From Candidatus Moraniibacteriota bacterium (lineage in GTDB: Bacteria; Patescibacteriota; Minisyncoccia; Moranbacterales; UBA2206), in the NCBI GenBank assembly GCA_049303905.1, contig JBAQNP010000039.1, forward strand, positions 36,682-100,681: a stretch of 64,000 nucleotides of DNA, read 5' to 3'. Each line of letters starts with the position of its first letter. Position 1 is the first letter of the stretch. The notes beneath the pieces were generated by a model, which worked only from the letters and a program-made list of their open reading frames with translations, was not told the origin of the DNA and did no database searches. The translations under genes were made by a program, and so were the position numbers. Of this stretch, positions 38,533-47,761 are shown piece after piece.

Positions 38533-40998
38533 TTATGAATTATTTTTTAGTTTATTATAAATTTTTAAAATTTTATAATAACCAATCTTTAAGTATCTAT
38601 TTGTAAAATTTTTGATTAGAAAAATTAAATTTAAAAGAGAAGTTGTCCTCATTATGATTTGTTTTTTGTGAGAAATATGAACTATTTCAATTTTACCTTG
38701 AATATTTTTATATAGCTTTTCATCTTTTTTATTACTTAAATACCCTGTCACAAGATCGAATTTGTTTTTTTCAAGTAAACCAAAAAATTCAAATCTTTCC
38801 TTATTTAAGACAACTGAATCCTTTAAGCATGTATTATATTTATATATTTGTTCAACCTTGACTGTCTTAAAAATTATGCCGTCTCTAATTTTTTCAAATA
38901 TTTCAAGCCCTTTTTCTGAATTAACAATAACAGCAGAAACTCCCCTATCATCATCAAAATTTTTGTCTTCAATATCTATTCCCCAGAAATCACCTAAAAT
39001 AATATCCGCTGTACTCTTTTTGGAAAGTCTATATTCACAATCATAGCATGATTGTCTTAAATAATAATTTTTTAAAAATCCAATCATAAATGAATCTTCC
39101 CATATTTTTTTCTTTACTGACTTGTTTTTGAATATATACTCTACCTGATAATTTTTCCATCCTTTTTCTTTATTTCTAAAATTGATTTCAATTAAAATAT
39201 CATTTTGCTGTTTTTCTAATTCTTTTATATTTTTCAGAAAGACCTTTTTACTTGGTACACCATGGCATACAACAGAAACACAATACAAATTAGAATAATC
39301 TTTCCCTAAAAAAGCTCTCAGTCCTTCTATCTGACAAGGGGTTCCAGAAAATAATACTTTTTTTTCACTTTCCAATTCCTGCTTTACTTTATTATAACAA
39401 TCACCAATAATACTTTGTACATATTTCGAACCCCTCAATTTACTTAAATCTTTTTCATTATCTATTTTAATATGTTTCACTTCATAATCAAAATAAGTAG
39501 CACCAAAAACACACCCACCTTGTTTTAATATATTCCTTGCTAATAAACTGAAGACTCCCCCCGATGAACTTTTAAGTCTTTCGTTTTTTGAAATATTTTT
39601 GCAAGCATAAGCAAGCAAATTATCGTATTCATATGCATAGTTTTTATTATTTGGACAAATATTTCTACAAATATTACATTCAATACATTTTTGTTTATTT
39701 ATATTTGGAAACAAAAAACCCTCATTATCCTCTTTCATCTCTATTGCTTTTTGTGGACAAGAATTTGCGCAGGCCCCACAGCCAGAACACCCTTCTTTTT
39801 TTGTTACATTTTCACTATCTAATTTTTCTAATTTTTCTAATGTCACTTCAAATAATTTATCTGATTCCTTTTCAAAAATTGGCATTTTTTTCTCCAAAAC
39901 GTTTTTTATTTTTTCTTCATTTTCCACTAAGCATTTAAATTTTTCAATCAATTTTTTTTCGCTCATTTCTTCTATAGGTAACACATAGTCCTCATAATTT
40001 CCAAATATATCTTTTGCGATACCTTTCGATTTTATGCTATATCCTAAAACTAAAGTCGGCACGTAAGTTGAATATCCAGCGATACTAGCATGTGTTCGTG
40101 CTGCGATAAGAAATCTGCATTTTGAAATTATATATTTCAATTCATTACAATTGTAAATTCTTTCCTTTAAAACAAAGACTCTTTCATCATTAGAATACAT
40201 TTCTTTTATTTTCTCAAGAGTATCAAGATCATTCCCATCTTCTATGTAAACATGAGGAATTAAAGCAATTTTATATTTATGATTACTTAAAATATAATCA
40301 ATTAATTTTTTAACACTTGCGATTATGTCGGTTTTATCACTTTGATAATTTAATATCATTGGACTTATGTTCAAACCAACAATACCCTCCTTAGAATTAA
40401 ATTTTTCAGGAAGATTAATTTTTTGAATTTCCAATGAAAAAGCAATATCTGGACCTAATATTATTTTTTTTTCATCAATAAATTTTGATAACAAGCCGTA
40501 TGTCAAAGATTCTCTAACTAAAACAATATCGAATTCCCTGATATCTTTTATAAATTTTTCATCTATTGCTTCAGCATTGACCGAAGCTCCCCAAAGGATA
40601 AGTTTTTTATTTTTTTCTTTTATTTTTTTATCAATAAAATAAAGCCAATTTGAAACATTATAGCAGTAGTTATCTCCACCAACAGATATAAACAGATCAT
40701 TTCTTTCTATTTCTTTTACTACATCCTTATGTGCCATCTCTTCTATATCCACTTTTTTTTCATCACATAATGCTATTTTTTCTCTATCAAATTTATGTGC
40801 CCATTCATGAATAACATATTTATCTATAATATCATTATAATATTTTTTATCATTTTCAATATCAAAAGTAGCAACAGTTAACTTATTGCTTCGATTAAAT
40901 TCTTTTATAGTTTTGGAAGTATTGGTTACAATAGCCTCGCACCCCTTGTTCAGATAAGACCCATGACCAAATAGTAAAATATTATATTTTTTGTTCAT
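38533..40998 (-). CDS. fusion: polysaccharide pyruvyl transferase domain + 2x[4Fe-4S] ferredoxin domain + coenzyme F420 hydrogenase beta-subunit (FrhB)-like domain
   Basis: N-terminal ILLFGHGSYLNKGCEAIV (PS_pyruv_trans-like). CSGCGACANSCP and CIECNICRNICP are two CxxCxxCxxxCP clusters. C-terminal SSSGGVFSLLA...GTPCQIEGLRAF...VVCHGVPS...DIILGDFWG matches the FrhB N- and C-terminal domains. Confidence 0.7.
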   Translation of the reverse strand: MNKKYNILLFGHGSYLNKGCEAIVTNTSKTIKEFNRSNKLTVATFDIENDKKYYNDIIDKYVIHEWAHKFDREKIALCDEKKVDIEEMAHKDVVKEIERNDLFISVGGDNYCYNVSNWLYFIDKKIKEKNKKLILWGASVNAEAIDEKFIKDIREFDIVLVRESLTYGLLSKFIDEKKIILGPDIAFSLEIQKINLPEKFNSKEGIVGLNISPMILNYQSDKTDIIASVKKLIDYILSNHKYKIALIPHVYIEDGNDLDTLEKIKEMYSNDERVFVLKERIYNCNELKYIISKCRFLIAARTHASIAGYSTYVPTLVLGYSIKSKGIAKDIFGNYEDYVLPIEEMSEKKLIEKFKCLVENEEKIKNVLEKKMPIFEKESDKLFEVTLEKLEKLDSENVTKKEGCSGCGACANSCPQKAIEMKEDNEGFLFPNINKQKCIECNICRNICPNNKNYAYEYDNLLAYACKNISKNERLKSSSGGVFSLLARNILKQGGCVFGATYFDYEVKHIKIDNEKDLSKLRGSKYVQSIIGDCYNKVKQELESEKKVLFSGTPCQIEGLRAFLGKDYSNLYCVSVVCHGVPSKKVFLKNIKELEKQQNDILIEINFRNKEKGWKNYQVEYIFKNKSVKKKIWEDSFMIGFLKNYYLRQSCYDCEYRLSKKSTADIILGDFWGIDIEDKNFDDDRGVSAVIVNSEKGLEIFEKIRDGIIFKTVKVEQIYKYNTCLKDSVVLNKERFEFFGLLEKNKFDLVTGYLSNKKDEKLYKNIQGKIEIVHISHKKQIIMRTTSLLNLIFLIKNFTNRYLKIGYYKILKIYNKLKNNS

Positions 40999-41006
40999 AT
41001 TTGTCT

Positions 41007-42314
41007 TTAATTACTTTGATTCCTCCATTCATGTTCAAAATCACATAAGCCCCTATAATTTCCTTTTAAGCCAGGAGTGAATATTTTTAGTTTTTTATAT
41101 TTTTGTTTTATATCATAATAAACAATTTCTTCTTTACCGAAACAAGCAGCATTTAAATAATAATCTCCTTTTAAAATAGAAAGTTTGTTGAAATGCAAAA
41201 TTAAATTATTGTTATCTTCTTTTATTTTAAAATTATCCATCTGCGTATTATAACTAAAAATCCTTTCATCTTTTTCAGATCCATAAATCCCAACACCTAT
41301 ATTTAATCCGTCTATCTTTTTATAAATTTTAAAACTAATTTTAATATCAATACTTTCTCCTGTTTCGAAAACATTTTTCTTCTTACCATTATTATCTAAA
41401 AATTCAACATCAGTTATTTCTACCATCTTATTTTTCCTTTCTTCTTCCTGCTTTTTTTTCTCCTCTGCAATCCTCTTTTTTTCATTTTCCAATTCCTTGC
41501 CTTTCATCTTCTCCATCGCTTTTTTTGCCCATAATGCTTTTTCCTTTTCCTCTTTTAATATTCTCTTTTCTTCATCGCTCATATTATCATAAACGTAAGC
41601 ATTTGCTATTTCACTGGCTTTGCCGATTTTTTTGATCTTTCCGTTGCGAAGAAGCATTGCTCGATCGCAATATCTTTCCACCACCGAAATATCGTGCGTC
41701 ACGATGATAACAGTCCGTCCTAAATTTCTATAGCGATTAAATTCCGTGATGCATTTTGATTGAAAATTTGAGTCCCCTACGGCCAAAACTTCATCCATCA
41801 AAAGAATATCTCGGTTGGCGTGAATGGAAACTGAAAAAGCCAACCGCACTTGCATACCAGAAGAATAGTTTTTTAGTTTTTGATCGATAAATCTTTCTAG
41901 TTCTGAAAAAGCTACTATGGAATCAAATTTTTTGTCAATTTGTTTTTTAGTCATTCCAAGTACGGTAGCGTTGAGATAGATATTGTCGCGCCCCGAAAGC
42001 TCAGGATTGAAACCAATTCCCAACTCCAAAAATGGCGAAATCATCCCATTTATTCTAATTTTCCCCTTATCTGTTTGATATATTCCGGCCAAAATTTTGA
42101 GCAAAGTTGACTTTCCGCTTCCGTTTCGCCCGATAATGCCAAAAAATTCACCTTTTTTTACTTCAAAAGAAACATCGTTCAGTGCTTTGAATTCTTCACA
42201 AGCTTTTTCTCTGAAAGTATTTTGAACCGCACCCAAGACTGAATTAGTTTTTTCATGCGGAATACGGAAAGTTTTGGAAATATTTTCAACTTTTATCGCA
42301 ATTTTTTTGTTCAT
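41007..42314 (-). CDS. wzt: ABC transporter ATP-binding protein, Wzt/TagH-like, with about 200-aa C-terminal extension
   Basis: GRNGSGKST Walker A, LSGGMQ-like YSSGMQVRLAF signature, LLMDE Walker B; K/E-rich linker, then a beta-rich C-terminal domain. Confidence 0.85.
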   Translation of the reverse strand: MNKKIAIKVENISKTFRIPHEKTNSVLGAVQNTFREKACEEFKALNDVSFEVKKGEFFGIIGRNGSGKSTLLKILAGIYQTDKGKIRINGMISPFLELGIGFNPELSGRDNIYLNATVLGMTKKQIDKKFDSIVAFSELERFIDQKLKNYSSGMQVRLAFSVSIHANRDILLMDEVLAVGDSNFQSKCITEFNRYRNLGRTVIIVTHDISVVERYCDRAMLLRNGKIKKIGKASEIANAYVYDNMSDEEKRILKEEKEKALWAKKAMEKMKGKELENEKKRIAEEKKKQEEERKNKMVEITDVEFLDNNGKKKNVFETGESIDIKISFKIYKKIDGLNIGVGIYGSEKDERIFSYNTQMDNFKIKEDNNNLILHFNKLSILKGDYYLNAACFGKEEIVYYDIKQKYKKLKIFTPGLKGNYRGLCDFEHEWRNQSN

Positions 42315-42403
42315 AATTTTTTTACATAAAAATGCTAAAAATAAGCATTTTTTGCATGTTTTAATTCTATACTATTTTCAAACATCTTTCAAGGATAATA
42401 GTT

Positions 42404-44329
42404 TTGGCAAAAGGATTAAAATATGCTAAAATTAAACATATGGAAATAAAAAAATTAAAAAAGAGACTTTTCTTTCTTTCGTTTTTTGTTTTTAATTTGG
42501 TTTTTTTATTTGGAAGTCAATTTTTAAAAGTAGAAGCGACTTACTCTTCTGAAGGGATTGGTTTTTATGCGCAAACAAATTCTTTTGGATATACTGCTGA
42601 GGGCATTGCATTTTATACTTACACATCCCAAGTGGATGAAACATTGCCGGTATATAGATTTGTTAATTCAACTAGCGGAGACCATTTTTATACTGCATCG
42701 GAAAATGAAAAAACAGCCGTATTAAATAATCCTCAATGGGGATATACAGCAGAAGGAATTGCGTTTTATGTTTACACATCCCAAGTGAATGAAACATTGC
42801 CGGTATATAGATTTGTTAATTCAACTAGCGGAGACCATTTTTATACTGCATCGGAAAATGAAAGAAATTCTTTAAACAACAATCCTCAGTGGGGATATAC
42901 GGGAGAAGGAATTGCATTTTATGTATTTGACACACAGTTAGCAACAACATCTCCCGTTTATAGATTTTATGCTCCATCTACCGGAGATCATTTCTATACT
43001 GCTTCAGAAAGCGAAAAAAATAAATTAACTCTGTCTCCTGTTTATAGATTTTATGCTCCATCTACCGGAGATCATTTCTATACTGCTTCAGAAAATGAAA
43101 AAAGCATCGTAACAAACACATCCCAAAGCGGATATTTGCCTGAAGGTATAGCGTTTTATGCGTATACCACACAATTCAATGGGACTGTTCCAGTTTATAG
43201 ATTTTATGCTTCATCTACAGGAGATCATTTCTATACTACTTCGGAAAGCGAAAGAGATTCCCTAAATAATAATCCTCAATGGGGATATACCGCCGAAGGT
43301 ATAGAGTTTTATGCATATACCACACAAGCTGACGGAACCGTTCCGGTTTATAGATTTTATGCTCCATCTACCGGAGATCATTTCTATACTGCTTCAGAAA
43401 ATGAAAAAAATAATCTACTACTCTCTGAGTTAGGACCAGAAATTCCCGTTGGACTTTGGAACTATGGGTCCAGAACAGCTTTAAAGGATGATCCTTTCAA
43501 AATCAGTGCCAACAAAGCATACAATATAAAAAATAGAGATGGAAATATAGTTGCTCAAATAGATGGAGGCACACAAACTAGAGTGACTTATGACAGCGAT
43601 TCATATCTCAAAGCTTATGGTTCAGTTTCTGAAACAAGATCCAAAAATGTTTTCTATTTTGACGCAGTTGACGGTGACAATTCAACTTTGATTTTTGATG
43701 TCAATCGTCCAAGCTCCACCTATGACCAATATCGCGGAAAAATAAAAATCCAATATACCGACAGTGCCAACCTTTGGGTCATTAATACCCTACCATTAGA
43801 ACACTATGCTTGGGGCGCAGGAGAATTTACTGGAACCGGACCAGCGGAGCATAGCAAAGTAATGTCAACTATCTTTAGAACCTACGGCTACCAATATATA
43901 TCCTGGACTTCAACCATCTATGTTCCCTATGGATTTAGAATTAAAAGCGATTCCGGCAATCAAATTTATCGCGGTTATGATTGGGAAACGACCTATCCCA
44001 ATGTGAAAGTTGCCGCTCAAGCCACGCGCGGAGTTATTGCGACCTATAACGGTGATGTCGCTCTCACTCCATACAGTTCTTGGAGTGATGGCAGAACCAG
44101 AAGTTTTGAAGAAAGATGGGGATCGAAGGATTATCCTTGGTGTCGATCAGTTTCTGATCCCTACGGAAAAAACTCAACCATGACCACAAAGCAATTGGAA
44201 GATGCTGGTAATCATATGGTTGGACTCATTGCCAATGGATCTTTGAATCTCGCTAATAATCATAATTGGGATTGGCAAAGAATAATGAAATATTACTATA
44301 CCGGAATTTCCCTTAACACGGCCTACTAA
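42404..44329 (+). CDS. secreted protein: about 7 tandem 50-aa YRF...GDHFYT repeats + C-terminal SpoIID/LytB domain
   Basis: Repeats GYTAEGIAFYVYTSQVNETLPVYRFVNSTSGDHFYTASENE. The C-terminus LEHYAWGAGE...FRTYGYQY...QIYRGYDWE...YSSWSDGRT fits SpoIID/LytB. The likely true start is the internal Met at 42440 (signal peptide). Confidence 0.65.
   Translation: MAKGLKYAKIKHMEIKKLKKRLFFLSFFVFNLVFLFGSQFLKVEATYSSEGIGFYAQTNSFGYTAEGIAFYTYTSQVDETLPVYRFVNSTSGDHFYTASENEKTAVLNNPQWGYTAEGIAFYVYTSQVNETLPVYRFVNSTSGDHFYTASENERNSLNNNPQWGYTGEGIAFYVFDTQLATTSPVYRFYAPSTGDHFYTASESEKNKLTLSPVYRFYAPSTGDHFYTASENEKSIVTNTSQSGYLPEGIAFYAYTTQFNGTVPVYRFYASSTGDHFYTTSESERDSLNNNPQWGYTAEGIEFYAYTTQADGTVPVYRFYAPSTGDHFYTASENEKNNLLLSELGPEIPVGLWNYGSRTALKDDPFKISANKAYNIKNRDGNIVAQIDGGTQTRVTYDSDSYLKAYGSVSETRSKNVFYFDAVDGDNSTLIFDVNRPSSTYDQYRGKIKIQYTDSANLWVINTLPLEHYAWGAGEFTGTGPAEHSKVMSTIFRTYGYQYISWTSTIYVPYGFRIKSDSGNQIYRGYDWETTYPNVKVAAQATRGVIATYNGDVALTPYSSWSDGRTRSFEERWGSKDYPWCRSVSDPYGKNSTMTTKQLEDAGNHMVGLIANGSLNLANNHNWDWQRIMKYYYTGISLNTAY
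42575..43420. repeat. approximately 150-bp tandem DNA repeats (about 7 copies) inside the repeat-protein gene
   Basis: For example, 42640-42715 and 42790-42865 are nearly identical at the nucleotide level (TGAAACATTGCCGGTATATAGATTTGTTAATTCAACTAGCGGAGACCATTTTTATACTGCATCGGAAAATGAAA). Confidence 0.7.
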
Positions 44330-44337
44330 AAAAATAT

Positions 44338-44904
44338 ATGAAAAAAATATTCATTGTTTTGTTTCTAATACTTTCGGTTGCTAGCGTATATTATTCCTAT
44401 CCGATAATCAAAAACCGCTATTTTCCAGCTGTTTCCAAATCCGATCAAACGGAAAATCAGAATCAGTCTCAAGAAAATGACAAACAGCCAGACTCTTTTG
44501 AAAGCAATCCTTCCAGTGCCGAAAATAATCCTGAATCGACAGAAGAATCTTTGACGGACAATGATGAAATCGAACCTATTTCAATTAATGCTAATAATCA
44601 AAATAACGCCAGTGAAGATGTCTTAGCTAATATTACCCATGAGCATTGCGATTCTGAGTGTAAAGCATTCGCTAATAATTTTGAACATTTGGAATATTGC
44701 CAGCAAGTCTGTGGCATCTCTCCCGCAAAGAAAGTTTCCACTTCAGATTGCAAAGAGAAAAAAGATTTAGCCAAAGATTATTGCTTCAAGGATTTGGCTA
44801 TCAGCGAAAAAGATTTTTCCATTTGTGACAAGATAGAAGATTCAAATATCAAAAACTCTTGTAAAGATAGGATTACGCAAGATATTATTGAGCAAGCTAA
44901 GTAA
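44338..44904 (+). CDS. hypothetical secreted protein with low-complexity N/Q/E/S-rich region and Cys-rich C-terminus
   Basis: Signal-anchor N-terminus; 10 Cys in the last 80 aa; no recognisable family. Confidence 0.35.
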   Translation: MKKIFIVLFLILSVASVYYSYPIIKNRYFPAVSKSDQTENQNQSQENDKQPDSFESNPSSAENNPESTEESLTDNDEIEPISINANNQNNASEDVLANITHEHCDSECKAFANNFEHLEYCQQVCGISPAKKVSTSDCKEKKDLAKDYCFKDLAISEKDFSICDKIEDSNIKNSCKDRITQDIIEQAK

Positions 44905-44940
44905 TTTGAAATTTAAAATTTAAAATTCCAACCTCGTTGG

Positions 44941-45714
44941 TTATATGTTTTCCGCTACCTTAGGTATAAGTTTTCGATAAGAATACATTCCCAAAGCAAA
45001 GACAGAAATTACAATAGCGAAAAAAACCAAAACATAGTGAGTTGAAATTACAGATTGATTATAAATCAATGCTTGCTTGGTAAAATGCACAATGAAGGCC
45101 AACGGGTTTAGGAGAAAAATAACATGGTATTTTGCTGGAATAATAGATAAGGGATAAATTATCGGCGAGGCATACATCAAAATCATCAAAAGAACTTCCC
45201 AAATCATCGCTAAATCGCGAAATTTAACATACAGCGGAGCGGTTATAAGCGAAAAAGATAGGATTAGAATATACATGAAAATCGAAAAGATAAAAAAAAT
45301 CAAAATTGATCCAATGCTTGGCATAAATCCTTTGATAGCAAAAAATAAAGCAATCACAACGAGATTCATCAAAAAAATCATAGTCGCATTAATGGTTGAG
45401 GCAACTATTATTGTCCAGCGTGGAACATAAATCTTTGTTACTAATTGCGCTTTAGATAGGAGCGAACCCATGCCGGCAGTAGTACCCTCAGAGAAAAAAA
45501 AGAAAAGCATTAGTCCAACCAAAAGTTCCAGAGAATAAGTGCCACTAGCTCCGAACATAGCAGAAAAAACAAAATTCAAGACAGCAAAAATACAAAGAGG
45601 CTTCAAGAGAACCCACAGATAACCCAAAACAGAACCGTGATAGCGAAGTTTGAAGTCTGTTTTCGCCAGCATCCAGATTAGTTCACGATAATTTTCATGT
45701 TTTCTATTTTCCAT
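44941..45714 (-). CDS. wzm: ABC-2 type polysaccharide export permease (Wzm/TagG-like)
   Basis: 257 aa, 6 TM helices; N-terminal RELIWMLAKTDFKLRYHGSVLGYLWVLLKP, typical of ABC-2 permeases. Confidence 0.8.
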   Translation of the reverse strand: MENRKHENYRELIWMLAKTDFKLRYHGSVLGYLWVLLKPLCIFAVLNFVFSAMFGASGTYSLELLVGLMLFFFFSEGTTAGMGSLLSKAQLVTKIYVPRWTIIVASTINATMIFLMNLVVIALFFAIKGFMPSIGSILIFFIFSIFMYILILSFSLITAPLYVKFRDLAMIWEVLLMILMYASPIIYPLSIIPAKYHVIFLLNPLAFIVHFTKQALIYNQSVISTHYVLVFFAIVISVFALGMYSYRKLIPKVAENI

Positions 45715-46996
45715 AACTTCTTCTAATTATAAGTACATTAACGATATTATACAAACAATATAGCAAAACAAAATATGTGAGCGTTTCCACCTTGGCTATG
45801 AATAAAAGGCCATACATTATGAAAAAAATAAAAAGCATTACATAGGACACTTTTTTCAAGGCTAGATAATTTTTTTCTTCGCAAGATATTATGCTTTTAT
45901 ATAAGCTACTCACAAGCTGTAAGAATGCCATAGCTGAAAATGCCATTATATAAAAAACATTCAAATGATATTCCTTTCCGAATATGTTCATTATAGCATA
46001 GGAAAACAAAAACAACACAAAGGTTCCGGGAATCAAACCTAAGAATAATAATTTATCCACCTTTTTCATTATCACACCCTTGTCCTCAACTTGATTCACG
46101 ATTGGAAAGAACACATTATTGAATATCAAAATAATCTGGCCAACGAAGATGGCGGTGGAAACGAGATAGGCGCTATAGATTCCGATTTGCTCAATCCCCA
46201 ATGTTTTTCCGATAAAAAGCTTGTCCATCGATGCCATTATCGTCCCTATTATCGACAAGATGACGGTTATTTTGGAATACTGGATAATCTCCAAAAATTT
46301 TTGCTTGTTCCAAGCGACTAGCTTATGTCTTATTTTTAGGAAAAATATCAGGCCTAAAACAAAATATCCCGCCATTAGGGATATAAGATAATACTCATAG
46401 TCGTTGAATTTTAGAATAAAAAACAACAGAATAAATGTTGAGAGAATGACAATCCCCTCGACAATTTTGAAAAGTGATTGAAATTTGAAAAAATTGAAAC
46501 TTTTGATGAAACTGTCCAACAGTGTCCGCAGATTCGCCACAATGGCAAAAACAACTGCTAACAAAAATATTTTTTGATCAAAATTTAATAAGTGCACTAT
46601 CCGGAAATAAAAAGGAATAGAAAAAACAATCAAAAGAAAACTTGAGGATAAGATAATATAGAAAGAATTGGAGAGATATTGTTTTTTGTCTTCTTCTTTC
46701 TGACTGGATGAAATATATTTTATCGAAGTCATATCCAGACCTAGCAAGACAAAAATAGAAAGAATGTTCGCCACTACAAGCACCAGATTATATTTCCCAT
46801 ACCCCTCGGGACCCAAAATTCTTCCCGCCAAAACATTTACGATGAAAAGCACAATTCCATTGAAAAATATCCCGAAAAAAGACCAGGACAATTGTCTTAG
46901 AAAATCTTTCATCGTCGGACTGATTTCATGCCCAAAAACCCAAAGGTGTACGATTTCAACCACTGCGATTATTTTTTTCTTCCAAATTTCCAGCAT
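45704..46996 (-). CDS. Wzx-like flippase / MOP-family polysaccharide biosynthesis membrane protein
   Basis: About 12 TM helices; NVLAGRILGPEGYGKYNLV motif as in Wzx. A more likely start is the internal Met at about 46912 (MKDFLRQ). Confidence 0.65.
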   Translation of the reverse strand: MLEIWKKKIIAVVEIVHLWVFGHEISPTMKDFLRQLSWSFFGIFFNGIVLFIVNVLAGRILGPEGYGKYNLVLVVANILSIFVLLGLDMTSIKYISSSQKEEDKKQYLSNSFYIILSSSFLLIVFSIPFYFRIVHLLNFDQKIFLLAVVFAIVANLRTLLDSFIKSFNFFKFQSLFKIVEGIVILSTFILLFFILKFNDYEYYLISLMAGYFVLGLIFFLKIRHKLVAWNKQKFLEIIQYSKITVILSIIGTIMASMDKLFIGKTLGIEQIGIYSAYLVSTAIFVGQIILIFNNVFFPIVNQVEDKGVIMKKVDKLLFLGLIPGTFVLFLFSYAIMNIFGKEYHLNVFYIMAFSAMAFLQLVSSLYKSIISCEEKNYLALKKVSYVMLFIFFIMYGLLFIAKVETLTYFVLLYCLYNIVNVLIIRRSYGK

Positions 46997-47044
46997 AAAT
47001 TACATAATAACCAAATCACAAACTAATTATAATCTAATTATAAT

Positions 47045-47300
47045 CTAATTCTGAATTATTTCCCAATATCCACCCTTGTTAGGACTAATTCTCTTGAGGA
47101 GGCCTTTTTTAAGCCAAAATATCTCGCTATTGACATATTTTCAATTTCTGGTAGTATTACATTACATAAGGATCCCGGCCAGAAGTTTATACACTTCACA
47201 TAGGCGGGGTTTTTATTTTATTCTGGTGGAAAGCAAGACATAAAATACTTTCTTTTTCTTTAGATTTATAATAAGCTATTTTTCATTTTACCCTAGTCCT
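47045..47300 (-). pseudogene. decayed paralog of the winged-helix gene at 51101-51364
   Basis: Minus-strand frames give SKEKESILCLAFHQNKIKTPPM-stop, then (after a frame shift) KYVNSEIFWLKKGLLKRISPNKGGYWEIIQN-stop. These match SKNQKEILFEINRNKAITQ and VRNNIAELKEKGLLERIGPDKGGHWKIVKK of the intact gene. Confidence 0.55.
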
Positions 47301-47330
47301 ATTTTAGACGATTATTAGACGATTGAATAT

Positions 47331-47744
47331 TTATTTCTTCCTTCGATAGGCCAGAGCGATTTTTGCCAGACTCAAGATAACAAAAAGCGCGCCCATCCAG
47401 ATGGAAACCAATTCCTTGCTAGGACCTCCGAAAGACAATATCCCTTGGGAATGGCTTGGGGTTATGGTGATGGCAAGAATGGAAAGAACTATCCAAACTC
47501 CGGCAAAGCGAATCCATTTGAGGAAAATTTTATCGTTGATGAAGAAAAGAAAAGGAGAGATGATAATCATAAACAAAGAATAAAATGCTATTTGATCAAT
47601 ATATTTTGCATATTGAAAAAAACAGTAGCTATTCTTATGGCATATATTCAATTCGTATGCGTTAGTAACTAGATAGCTCCATCCAAAAAGAATAGTCCCT
47701 AGCAATGCTACTAAAATTCTCCACCAATAAGTTTTTTTATTCAT
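47331..47744 (-). CDS. small 4-TM membrane protein, hypothetical
   Basis: 137 aa, four hydrophobic helices and a basic C-terminus RRKK. Confidence 0.4.
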   Translation of the reverse strand: MNKKTYWWRILVALLGTILFGWSYLVTNAYELNICHKNSYCFFQYAKYIDQIAFYSLFMIIISPFLFFINDKIFLKWIRFAGVWIVLSILAITITPSHSQGILSFGGPSKELVSIWMGALFVILSLAKIALAYRRKK

Positions 47745-47761
47745 CTTTTTTTCTTAATTTA

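Noticed and set aside
42328-42353. 8-bp perfect hairpin AAAATGCT-(7 nt)-AGCATTTT in the divergent region between wzt and the repeat-protein gene
   Set aside because: No upstream gene on either strand reads into it, so it is not a terminator; possible operator, but a single short AT-rich hairpin is weak evidence.
44905-44945. CCAAC-CTC-GTTGG small hairpin between convergent genes (44338-44904 plus, 44941-45714 minus)
   Set aside because: 5-bp stem only. It might serve as a bidirectional terminator, but it is too weak to call.
46997-47330. Searched the 330-bp non-coding stretch for a tRNA (GGCGGGGTTTTT-like 3' end noticed)
   Set aside because: No acceptor stem/T-arm (GTTCGAAT-like) or anticodon arm could be assembled. 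The region is better explained by the decayed winged-helix paralog.
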